Assembly: GCA_046483495.1 (NCBI GenBank)
Contig: JAWODC010000013.1
Coordinates: 1-25,685 of the forward strand
Source: Desulfobacterales bacterium
GTDB lineage: Bacteria; Desulfobacterota; Desulfobacteria; Desulfobacterales; UBA5616
Length of the DNA stretch: 25,685 nt
Reading direction: 5' to 3'
In this document: positions 17,632 to 25,685 of the stretch, one piece after another
Layout of the letters: each line of letters opens with the position of its first letter
Numbering within the stretch: the first letter of the stretch is position 1
The notes under the pieces: generated by a model
The model's input: only the letters and a program-made list of their open reading frames with translations
The model's database searches: none
Told to the model about the DNA's origin: nothing
Position numbers and translations under genes: made by a program

Positions 17632-17964
17632 TTATAAAAAAAACGCCCCGTACACCATTCCGGCGATGGTGGACATGATCACGATGGTCCCGCTGAAGAC
17701 GGCTGTTTTTTTAACACCCGGGACGCCGGCGATCACCAGCATGTTGGGCAGGCTCAAGGCGGGTCCGGCAGGCAACAATGCCAATGCCGGACCTTGTCCC
17801 ATGCCTGCGCCGATCGGTCCCTGCAAAATAGGCACCTCGGTCAGGTGGCAAAATACATCAATGCGCCCGCCATGGAAGCGAACAGGTTCGCCCAAATCGA
17901 GTTTCCCCTCAAGAGTGCCTGGATGTAGTGCTCCGGAATCAGCATTCTATATTTTGTATTTCAT
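17632..17964 (-). pseudogene. arsP: ArsP/DUF318 permease with a large internal deletion and frameshift
   Basis: ATG at 17964 just after arsR gives MKYKI*. Then LIPEHYIQALL.GNSIWANLFASMAGALMYFAT / frameshift / LTEVPILQG..GAGMGQGPALALL.AGPALSLPNMLVI. Confidence 0.85.
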
Positions 17965-17968
17965 CGAT

Positions 17969-18346
17969 TTACCGGCCGCTTGCAGGTGCGATGTTTTCCG
18001 GATCGATGCCGCAGATGATTTCACGGCGAATCTCAGGCAGCCGGGCTGCGATGTCCATGACGCGAGGCTCCTGCTCCAGCCAGTGCCGAAGATTGCCGAG
18101 AAGGCAGGCGGCGTAAGCGCTCCGGCTGCCATCGGACAGCCGGTAATTCACCCACAGCCCGTCCTTGCTGTGCGTGACCAGACCTGCTTCCTCCAGGATT
18201 TTCAGATGCTTGCTAACGGTCGACTGTGCCAGGCCCAGGGCTGTCTGTATCTCACAGACGCACATGCTTTTCCGCTGAAGCAGCTTGGCGATTAACACCC
18301 GGTTTTCATCGGAAAGCGCCTTCATTACCCTGATAAACTCTTCCAT
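17969..18346 (-). CDS. arsR: ArsR/SmtB family metalloregulator
   Basis: KALSDENR, MCVCEI, AQSTVSKHLKILEEAGLV; GGAGG RBS. Confidence 0.92.
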   Translation of the reverse strand: MEEFIRVMKALSDENRVLIAKLLQRKSMCVCEIQTALGLAQSTVSKHLKILEEAGLVTHSKDGLWVNYRLSDGSRSAYAACLLGNLRHWLEQEPRVMDIAARLPEIRREIICGIDPENIAPASGR

Positions 18347-18358
18347 AAGATTGCCTCC

Positions 18359-18403
18359 ATATCGTTAAAATGGAATATAGTCACGCCGACCGGTTATTGT
18401 CAA
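18359..18403 (-). promoter_or_regulatory. arsR promoter/operator
   Basis: TTGACA (18403-18398), 18 bp, TATATT; imperfect palindrome ATATCGTTAAAATGGAATAT overlapping the -10 region. Confidence 0.55.
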
Positions 18404-18719
18404 ACAAAAAAATCGCCTGTCTTTTTCAGGCCGGACCAGTACGATTACGAGTACATCGGGGGTCGAAGCTCTAAGGTCCCGGGTATTAAGGTTTCGGATA
18501 ATGTGCTGTTTTAATACATTTAAATGAAGATCTGAAAAATATTTTAAAAAAAACAAATATTTAGCTTGCTTTATGGATAAATATGAACTATTAAGAGACA
18601 AATCAATTAAATTCCGCCGAAAATGTGGGATAGTTTATCTCTGAAGGAAGAATCCATTGCCAAAATGGCACTCCTCCAGTTTGCGACGTTGAAATTTATT
18701 AAGGAAGGAGGATGTTATT

Positions 18720-18923
18720 ATGACAAATGGAACTGTAAAATGGTTCAGCAACCAAAAAGGTTTTGGGTTCATCGAGCCGGAAGATGGCAGCAAGGATGTA
18801 TTCGTTCATCATTCCGCGATCAATTCCACCGGATTTAAATCGCTTAATGACGGTGACCGGGTTACCTTTGACATTGAGCAAGGCCCAAAAGGCCCCGCTG
18901 CTGTAAATGTGACTCTGGTTTAA
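18720..18923 (+). CDS. cspA: Cold-shock protein (CspA family)
   Basis: GTVKWF, KGFGFI (RNP1), DVFVHHSAI (RNP2); AGGAGG RBS. Confidence 0.95.
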   Translation: MTNGTVKWFSNQKGFGFIEPEDGSKDVFVHHSAINSTGFKSLNDGDRVTFDIEQGPKGPAAVNVTLV

Positions 18924-18939
18924 TCTGCTTTTGATTGTA

Positions 18940-18983
18940 AAAGGGCATTCCTTCCAAGGTGAGGGGGTGCCTTTCTTTTTTTT
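18940..18983 (+). terminator. Rho-independent terminator after csp
   Basis: AAAGGGCATTCCTTC...GAGGGGGTGCCTTT followed by a T run. Confidence 0.75.
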
Positions 18984-19031
18984 AAATCCATTTCCTTCCT
19001 CGTTATTTACACCCAATCAAGGAAACAAAAA

Positions 19032-19196
19032 ATGGCCAGATCACATTTTCAACATAAAAAACGCCAAAAGGAATTAAAAAGAAAAACCAAGAAAGATCAA
19101 AAACGGCAACGAAAATTAGATAAAAAAATTATGGAATCAGAAGAGGGTCAAAATCACTTTTCGGATGAAAAAGAGAATGATTCCGAAAAAACGTAG
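19032..19196 (+). CDS. Small Lys/Arg-rich hypothetical protein, 54 aa
   Basis: Not in the ORF track. MARSHFQHKKRQKELKRKTKKDQKRQRKLDKK...; AAGGA upstream. Confidence 0.65.
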   Translation: MARSHFQHKKRQKELKRKTKKDQKRQRKLDKKIMESEEGQNHFSDEKENDSEKT

Positions 19197-19213
19197 CAGA
19201 TAAGGCAAACGGT

Positions 19214-19552
19214 ATGCTTCAAAAATATATAATTTCCATTGATAGAATCAAAAACATTCTTAAAATCGCGGAATATGCAATCATCGATAAATTTCCGAAA
19301 AAAGAACTGGCCTCAATGCAAAATACGAGCAGCTTTTCATTGCTCTGCGAGGAAACCTATAAAAGTGAAATGATCGAGCCTTCCATCTCTGAGGGAATAA
19401 GCGCTGTGGTTGCTTCCCTTCGAACCCCCAATTTTTTTCCTGTAGGACTATTTGCCATCAAAATCGCCGAATCAGTCACAGCTTTGTACAATTCACAAGA
19501 AGTTGATTCGATGGAGGTTTTATTAAACGACAATGATTTAATAATGGGTTGA
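19214..19552 (+). CDS. Hypothetical protein
   Basis: 112-aa ORF following the small basic ORF; no recognised motif. Confidence 0.6.
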   Translation: MLQKYIISIDRIKNILKIAEYAIIDKFPKKELASMQNTSSFSLLCEETYKSEMIEPSISEGISAVVASLRTPNFFPVGLFAIKIAESVTALYNSQEVDSMEVLLNDNDLIMG

Positions 19553-19805
19553 TATGGTTTAGGTAATTCCGGTGGAATCTTTTATTTTGGCGGTGTTTGG
19601 CTTTCAATTATTACGCACATGATCAAGCCGGCTAAGCGACAACTACATGGATTTTTAATTTTTTTTGGGATTAAAAAGAAAAAATCAGATGGCGGGAATC
19701 AAAAGACTGGTAATGGATGGGAGTGTAACCGATTAAATGTATGAGAATTAAGTCGCTGATCACAGTTCGATGCAACAAGTTCGGGCCTTAAAAAATGCCT
19801 AAACT

Positions 19806-19847
19806 TGTGTCCAAATGTAAGGTACTTTCTGCACCAATGTCCCCTAC
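19806..19847 (+). repeat. Putative mobile-element end, copy B1
   Basis: TTTCTGCACCAATGTCCCC-TAC shared with 24149-24171, plus partial similarity about 20 bp upstream. Confidence 0.7.
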
Positions 19848-20212
19848 CTTAATCCTATTAGTGACGAAGACGACCCGAATACTCTGTAGACCCTATTAGA
19901 TGTAAGGCCGGAAGATGCTATTTCAGGTACATTGGAATTGGCCGATTATTCGGATATCGAATGAGCAAACCGTCTATCATGGCGTTCACGATATTAGGTG
20001 CTTATAACTCGGTCACGTTTGGTTATGATCAAACGAACACTTTAATCCCCATCCAGAAATGAAAATTCGATTCGGTTCGGAAATCTTAATATCAGGGATA
20101 CTCCAGGTGTTTTGGTGATGATACGTTTCAGGCCGGCGCAGGTGTGAATAATCCATTTTTGCATGGGTGTCTATTAATCGGGACATTATGCTTGGAGAAA
20201 GGATCGTGCAGC

Positions 20213-22312
20213 ATGAAAGTATGGCCTGGTTTAATGTATCCACTGGGTGCCACTTACGATGGGTCCGGGACAAATTTTTCCTTGTTCTCTGAAGTTGCCG
20301 AACATGTCGAGCTCTGTCTTTTCGACGAGAATGGAAATGAATCGCGCGTAGACATGCCGGAGGTTACAGGCTTTTGTTGGCACGCCTACCTGCCTTTGGT
20401 CGAACCCGGTCAGCGATATGGTTACCGTGTTCACGGCCCTTGGGATCCATCCAAAGGCCATCGGTGCAATCCATCGAAATTGCTGCTCGATCCCTATGCC
20501 AGGGCGATCGACGGTCAGGTCCAATGGGACGAGGCGATGTTTCCATACCGTTTCGAGGATGGTCCTGAAAGCCGCAATGACAGCGACAGTGCACCGTTTA
20601 TGGCCCATTGTGTGGTCCACCAGCCCCATTTTGACTGGAGCGGCGACCGCCGTCTGCAACTGCCCTGGCACGAAACCATCATCTATGAAACCCATGTCAA
20701 AGGGTTTACCGCCAGGCATCCCGACATACCGGAAAACCTGAGAGGCACCTTTGCCGGGTTCGCACATCCTGCGGTCATCGAGTACTTAAAAGAACTCGGC
20801 ATTACTGCGCTCGAGCTGATGCCCGTTCATCACTTCATCCATGACAAGCATCTTTTGGAACGGGGGCTGAGCAATTACTGGGGCTACAACTCGATCGGCT
20901 ATTTTGCGCCGCACAGCGAGTATGCGTCGGATAAACGTCCCGGTTCGGTGGTGGCGGAGTTCAAGCAGCTTGTCAAATCCCTGCACCAGGCAGGCATCGA
21001 AATCATTCTGGATGTCGTTTACAACCATACGGCGGAAGGCAATCACTTAGGGCCGATGATTTCCTTCAAGGGCATCGACAATGCCTATTACTACCGTTTG
21101 ACGGAAGATGCGCGCTACTATATGGATTACACGGGCACCGGCAACAGCCTGAACATGCGCAACCCCCATGTTTTGCAGCTGCTCATGGACTCGTTGCGCT
21201 ATTGGGTTCTGGAAATGCATGTGGACGGCTTTCGTTTCGATCTGGCTTCCACGCTGGCTCGCGAGCTGCACGATGTGGATCGACTGTCGGCCTTTTTCGA
21301 TATTATTCAGCAGGATCCGGTCATCAGCCAGGTCAAGCTCATCGCCGAGCCATGGGATGTGGGCGAGGGCGGGTACCAGGTGGGCAATTTCCCTCCGATA
21401 TGGTCCGAATGGAACGCCGGATACCGCGACATCGTGCGCGATTTCTGGCGCGGAGAGGATCAAACGCTCGGAAACTTCGCCTCCCGTTTCACCGGCAGTT
21501 CAGACCTCTACGAAGATACCTCGCGTCTGCCGTATGCCGGCATCAATTTCGTCACCGCCCATGACGGCTTTACGCTCAACGACCTTGTCTCCTATAACGA
21601 GAAGCACAACGAGGCCAACGGCGAAGAAAATCGGGACGGCGAAAGCCACAACCGATCATGGAACTGCGGCGAGGAGGGGCCCACGGACAACCCGGACGTC
21701 CGGCAGTTGCGGGACCGTCAGAAACGCAATTTTCTATCCACCCTGTTTCTGTCTCAGGGCGTGCCCATGCTTTTAGGCGGCGACGAGTTCGGACGCACCC
21801 AAAACGGCAACAACAATGCCTACTGCCAGGACAACGAATTGTCCTGGTACGACTGGGAGAGAGTTGACGACGAACTGCTCGCTTTTTGCCGCAAAGTTAT
21901 CGGTTTCAGGAGAGAGCACCCGGTATTCCGGCGGCGGGGGTGGTTTCAGGGCAGGCCGATCCATGGCAGCGAAGTCAAGGACATCGCCTGGTTTTCGCTC
22001 GAAGGCCGGCAAATGGATGAAGAAAACTGGGGTGAGGGTTATGCCAAATCGATCGGCATCTTCCTGAACGGTGCTACCATCCCGAACCCCAATCTTCGCG
22101 GCGAACCCGTGTTCGACGACAGTTTTTACATCATGTTCAACGCCCATTACGAGCCGCTGGATTTCTCGCTGCCCGATGAAAAATGGGGCGTTCAATGGAT
22201 AAAGGAATTCGATACGGCCGCCGGTTGGCCGGAAGAAAAAAAATCGTTCAAGGCCGGGGAGCGGATCGGCATAGAAGCCCGCTCCCTGGCAGTCTTACGC
22301 CTTGAACGCTGA
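20213..22312 (+). CDS. glgX: Glycogen debranching enzyme (isoamylase, GH13)
   Basis: YPLGATYDG, NYWGYN, DVVYNHTAEG, DGFRFDLA, AEPWD and FVTAHDGFTL motifs; start at MKVWPG after GGAGAAAGGA. Confidence 0.97.
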   Translation: MKVWPGLMYPLGATYDGSGTNFSLFSEVAEHVELCLFDENGNESRVDMPEVTGFCWHAYLPLVEPGQRYGYRVHGPWDPSKGHRCNPSKLLLDPYARAIDGQVQWDEAMFPYRFEDGPESRNDSDSAPFMAHCVVHQPHFDWSGDRRLQLPWHETIIYETHVKGFTARHPDIPENLRGTFAGFAHPAVIEYLKELGITALELMPVHHFIHDKHLLERGLSNYWGYNSIGYFAPHSEYASDKRPGSVVAEFKQLVKSLHQAGIEIILDVVYNHTAEGNHLGPMISFKGIDNAYYYRLTEDARYYMDYTGTGNSLNMRNPHVLQLLMDSLRYWVLEMHVDGFRFDLASTLARELHDVDRLSAFFDIIQQDPVISQVKLIAEPWDVGEGGYQVGNFPPIWSEWNAGYRDIVRDFWRGEDQTLGNFASRFTGSSDLYEDTSRLPYAGINFVTAHDGFTLNDLVSYNEKHNEANGEENRDGESHNRSWNCGEEGPTDNPDVRQLRDRQKRNFLSTLFLSQGVPMLLGGDEFGRTQNGNNNAYCQDNELSWYDWERVDDELLAFCRKVIGFRREHPVFRRRGWFQGRPIHGSEVKDIAWFSLEGRQMDEENWGEGYAKSIGIFLNGATIPNPNLRGEPVFDDSFYIMFNAHYEPLDFSLPDEKWGVQWIKEFDTAAGWPEEKKSFKAGERIGIEARSLAVLRLER

Positions 22313-22359
22313 AACTTGAGCTGGGAAAAGTATCGGCAATACCGGGGCTCAGGACCAGA

Positions 22360-22392
22360 AACAGGCCGGCGGTTTAATGCCGCCTGCCTGTT
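22360..22392. terminator. Hairpin between convergent genes (bidirectional terminator candidate)
   Basis: AACAGGCCGGCGG...CCGCCTGCCTGTT. Confidence 0.6.
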
Positions 22393-22406
22393 GATAATTT
22401 TAATCT

Positions 22407-23855
22407 TTAATTCCCGAATATGCCGGATATGAAGCAATGCGGCCAGTTTGAATTGGAGCTGCTGTCTCCAGGATCGTAGCCGGGATCACCGGCAACACCC
22501 TCAGCGTTCACTCCCTGCATGAATACGTCGTATTCCTTGCTTTCAGCCACCAGGATCATCGGCTCGGATGCCATATCGACCCACACGGCCACAGCACCGC
22601 CTTGACCGTTTGTCGTAAGCTGCGGGTCACGAATTATATTGTTGCCGGCGGCAAGCACGGTACCATCCGTCCCCCAGAGTACGGCTCCCGTTGCATCCAC
22701 TTTTTGAGCTTTTATCTGATCGTTTATGTCCGTCCAGGCGGTGATGAAACCGCCCTGTCCATCCGGTACGGTATTGTATGGACGACGGGCCATATCATCA
22801 AAATCACCCGATGTAAGGGACACCGGGTTTTCCCATACGAGACTGCCGTTCACATCAACATACTGAGCGCTGACGATGCTGTTCGTTTCATCGATGTATT
22901 CGCCCCAGGCAATGAAGGTGCCGCCCGACCCATCCGGTGCCAAACCTAAAGGCCAAAGATTATTCGGAGAACCGGTAAGAATTTCTTTAGCTTCGCCCCA
23001 GACAAATTCCCCTTGATCGTTGATTCTCCGGGCTTCTATCGTAGTTAAACCATTATTATCATCATACTGAAACCAGGCCGCGATGACACCCTCATCACTC
23101 GGGATCAACCGCGGACAATACAGATAGATATCATCGACCACAAAATTTTCAGAATCCAACACCAGAGGCTCCCCGTAAAATTCCCCGCTGCTGTCGATTC
23201 GGTTCAAAAGAATACTATCGATGGAATCCGCAGATGTCATCCAAAGAAGAATCGCCCCTCCCTGATCATCAGGAACAATCTTGGTTGCCCACGTATTGGT
23301 GCCGAACACCAACGGACTGTCCGCATCGGCCCAGGGCAAAGTGCCGTCGGCGGCTACACGATTGACATAACCGTCATACGTCATGACGATGGCTCCCCCC
23401 GTACCATCGGGAGTGATCCAGGGACGGTCATCATTGATTGCCGCCGCGCCGCCTTCAGCCCAGGCGAGGCTGCCGTCTGAATTGATGCGCTGGACGCGGA
23501 TATAGGAACAGTCGTAGTACGCAACAAGAAGGCCGCCGCTGCCGTCGGGAACCGATTGCTGACCAAAATTACAGGTTCCGCTGCCCACTTGTACCGGGTC
23601 ATTCCACATCGGATCGCCGGCGGCATTGTAATGCTGAGCGAAAACACTCTCGGCTTCGAAATCCTGCCAAACGACATAGTAGCCGCCGGATTCATCATAA
23701 ACCACCTGCGGCCGGCACTGTTGGCCAAGTTCTGTTGATACCGCAATGGGTTCGCTGCTCCATGCTGCAAATCCCACTTGGGGAAACAGCAATCCAAAAC
23801 AGGTGAAAAAAACCGCAGCTGATAACAACGACCTCTCTGAACCAAAAAACTTCAT
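22407..23855 (-). CDS. Secreted beta-propeller-like repeat protein with a C-terminal CFI motif
   Basis: AAGGAGG RBS before the ATG at 23855; signal peptide ending GFA-A; repeated PDGxGG..xxW...AQ..D..G...W units; ends DSSSNSNWPHCFISGIFGN. Confidence 0.82.
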   Translation of the reverse strand: MKFFGSERSLLSAAVFFTCFGLLFPQVGFAAWSSEPIAVSTELGQQCRPQVVYDESGGYYVVWQDFEAESVFAQHYNAAGDPMWNDPVQVGSGTCNFGQQSVPDGSGGLLVAYYDCSYIRVQRINSDGSLAWAEGGAAAINDDRPWITPDGTGGAIVMTYDGYVNRVAADGTLPWADADSPLVFGTNTWATKIVPDDQGGAILLWMTSADSIDSILLNRIDSSGEFYGEPLVLDSENFVVDDIYLYCPRLIPSDEGVIAAWFQYDDNNGLTTIEARRINDQGEFVWGEAKEILTGSPNNLWPLGLAPDGSGGTFIAWGEYIDETNSIVSAQYVDVNGSLVWENPVSLTSGDFDDMARRPYNTVPDGQGGFITAWTDINDQIKAQKVDATGAVLWGTDGTVLAAGNNIIRDPQLTTNGQGGAVAVWVDMASEPMILVAESKEYDVFMQGVNAEGVAGDPGYDPGDSSSNSNWPHCFISGIFGN

Positions 23856-24128
23856 CTTTTCCTCCTTGAAATGTGTCGGGGAAATCATTCCCGGTTTACA
23901 GTGAATCGTGTTCGACAACTCAGTAATCGTAACTCTCTGTGAATGTTCATTTATCTGCAAATGTTCAAGATTATGTGCCGGCCGAATTATGTAACCGCTC
24001 TGCAATCGGTTAAAAAGCTGCTTGGGTGAAATTTGTGAGGCATTTCTATAAGGTTCTTGAGGTGTATATTTTAGGAGACGAACAGAGTCAAGAATAATTA
24101 TAAAAACTATTTTTATCAAGTGCTGTAG

Positions 24129-24171
24129 TGTATCCGAAATTAAAGCATTTTCTGCACCAATGTCCCCCCTA
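24129..24171 (+). repeat. Putative mobile-element end, copy B2
   Basis: TTTCTGCACCAATGTCCCCCTAC, a direct repeat of 19826-19847. Confidence 0.7.
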
Positions 24172-24479
24172 CGGAATTTTGATTTTCTTAATTGACTTGA
24201 CAAATCGACCCCCCTTATCTATAGGAATGCTTCCTGATTTAAAAGACGTGCGAAATGCTCGATATGGAGAGACTTGAAGCGATCACCGGTTGCAGGCGCA
24301 TGCATGATGCAAAAGGAATGCCCGATTTCCTCATCCCCAATCCCCTTAACACTATTGATTTTTATATGGCCGGCAGGCAAGCGATACGGCTGATGCACGG
24401 GCCCTGCCAAGAGTGTGCGCAGTGTTTCACATTGGCTGCCAAACTGCAAACTGAGCTGAAAATTGGAGAGGAGTTACAG

Positions 24480-25346
24480 ATGAAGAGAGCGATTATGGTA
24501 TGTATGGCATTGCTTCTGTTGCTGCCGATTACTTCTTATGCCGCAAGCATCGGAGGTGCGGAAACAGCGGGGCAAGGAAAATTCAGGACGACTGTGGACG
24601 TCGAGTTCGGTTTCGACCGGGATCTCGACCTGGACAGTGCAACGGAAAAAGCTTATGAAAACGGTAATCTCAAATGGAAAGATGATATTGAAGATTATCA
24701 AGATTTCGACGATGCCGAAATCAGCGAATTGAACCGCGTTATGGTTAAAATCAGCTACGGAATAATCGATTATCTCGATGTGTACGCGAGGATCGGGTAT
24801 GCTTGGTATGATAGTGAAGCGGACTTCTCGAACCTGGTGCAACCGGCAGAATTCACGGTGATGAACGGTGGAGCGGCGGAAACCACCTTTGGAGCCGATG
24901 GGGATTCGCCGGTGTGGGGCATCGGTCTCAAGGGCGCCTATGAGTTCGGGAATAACTGGTTGGTCGGAGCCGATCTTCAGTACCTGAGCCAGCGGGGTGA
25001 AAATACGTTTAAGAGAAGCTATGATGACTATATTGAATCCTGCACTTTAGAAACAACGATTGACGAGTGGCACATTGCGCCCTATGCGGGCAGAAAAATG
25101 GGAAATTTTACTGCCTATGCCGGTGTAAAATACAGTGATATCGACGTGGAAAACGAAATATCTTTTAAAGAAAAATACCCTGGAGGCTCTTACAAAGAAA
25201 AAGAGACTATAGAGCTTGAAGCCGATGACAATGTAGGTGTGTTTCTCGGTCTTGACTACAAGTTGGCAAACCGTTTTGCCTTCAACATCGAAGGCCGGTT
25301 CATCGACGAATCGGCTATGAGCCTTGGCGCCGCCTACCTTTTCTAA
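24480..25346 (+). CDS. Outer-membrane beta-barrel protein
   Basis: GAGGAG RBS; signal peptide ending SYA-A; amphipathic beta strands; C-terminal AAYLF. Confidence 0.85.
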   Translation: MKRAIMVCMALLLLLPITSYAASIGGAETAGQGKFRTTVDVEFGFDRDLDLDSATEKAYENGNLKWKDDIEDYQDFDDAEISELNRVMVKISYGIIDYLDVYARIGYAWYDSEADFSNLVQPAEFTVMNGGAAETTFGADGDSPVWGIGLKGAYEFGNNWLVGADLQYLSQRGENTFKRSYDDYIESCTLETTIDEWHIAPYAGRKMGNFTAYAGVKYSDIDVENEISFKEKYPGGSYKEKETIELEADDNVGVFLGLDYKLANRFAFNIEGRFIDESAMSLGAAYLF

Positions 25347-25403
25347 AGGGACGGGTTGGTGCGTAAAGATTGTTTGTTGGTTGATTAATGTAACCCGGTG
25401 CAG

Positions 25404-25436
25404 AATAACCGTCCACGCCCAGCGTGGACGGTTATT
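25404..25436. terminator. Perfect 15-bp hairpin (terminator or REP-like)
   Basis: AATAACCGTCCACGC-CCA-GCGTGGACGGTTATT. Confidence 0.7.
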
Positions 25437-25439
25437 GTA

Positions 25440-25587
25440 TAGAAGTGGTTTCAAAACCTCCCCTCAGGCCCCAATATCGGCGTTGGGAGGAAGGATTTAA
25501 TGCTCAAAATACGTTATGTATTCCTGCGCTTGAATCCTTCCTCCCGCCTTGATCTTGGGCCTGATTGAAGGTTTAAAACCACTTCTA
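25440..25587. mobile_element. MITE-like non-autonomous element, 148 bp
   Basis: Terminal inverted repeats TAGAAGTGGTTT...AAACCACTTCTA bounded by TA. Nested internal arms TCAGGCCC/GGGCCTGA and GGGAGGAAGGATT/AATCCTTCCTCCC. Confidence 0.8.
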
Positions 25588-25685
25588 GTGTTTTCAATCC
25601 GGTGTTCTGTTTTTGCCCATTCTCAACGGCTTCCCTTAAGGAAGTAAATGCCATAGCTGACCGAATTTCAGTAGTATTTGGCCGG

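Noticed and set aside
4935..20061. Composite transposon bounded by the two ISNCY-like ends
   Set aside because: The inferred element interiors face away from each other and the ends match at only 11 of 18 positions.
23966..23981. Sigma54-like CGGCAC-ATAATC-TTGA upstream of the secreted protein
   Set aside because: Spacing is one base too long for the rigid -24/-12 geometry.
23856..24203. 116-aa N-terminal extension of ORF 22407..24203
   Set aside because: A strong RBS and signal peptide place the start at 23855; the extension runs through intergenic DNA and the B2 repeat.
24255..24479. N-terminal extension of the outer-membrane protein, or a riboswitch in its leader
   Set aside because: RBS and signal peptide indicate a start at 24480, and no recognisable riboswitch consensus was seen.

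Overview
A 25.7-kb accessory, partly decayed region, probably from a Desulfobacterota (Desulfobacterales-like) bacterium; the taxon is inferred from gene content and repeat types. The left half is a general-stress/osmotic island on the minus strand: a NarX-type PAS histidine kinase, a 5'-truncated CheR-PAS protein, two csbD genes, two BON lipoproteins, an lmo0937-like protein, a DUF2254 protein and a Ysc84-like protein. Three of its transcription units share one upstream architecture: a sigma54 -24/-12 box, an ATCA-N3-TGAT box 28-29 bp further upstream, and GGTCATAT boxes about 100 bp upstream. The middle holds copper and arsenic resistance debris (copB, a Cu-ATPase fragment, arsR with a broken arsP), a glutaredoxin-like gene, a ferritin-like Met-rich protein, mscS, a URO-D family gene, and a MazEF module followed by degenerate attC-like sites. 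The right holds a cold-shock gene, glgX, a secreted protein with a CFI C-terminal tail, a beta-barrel outer-membrane protein and a 148-bp MITE. At least eight gene remnants occur. Four copies of an AATGTCCC..CTA end-like motif, in two direct-repeat pairs, sit at module junctions, one exactly at the gpmA breakpoint. No rRNA, intact tRNA, CRISPR array or intact transposase/integrase was seen.
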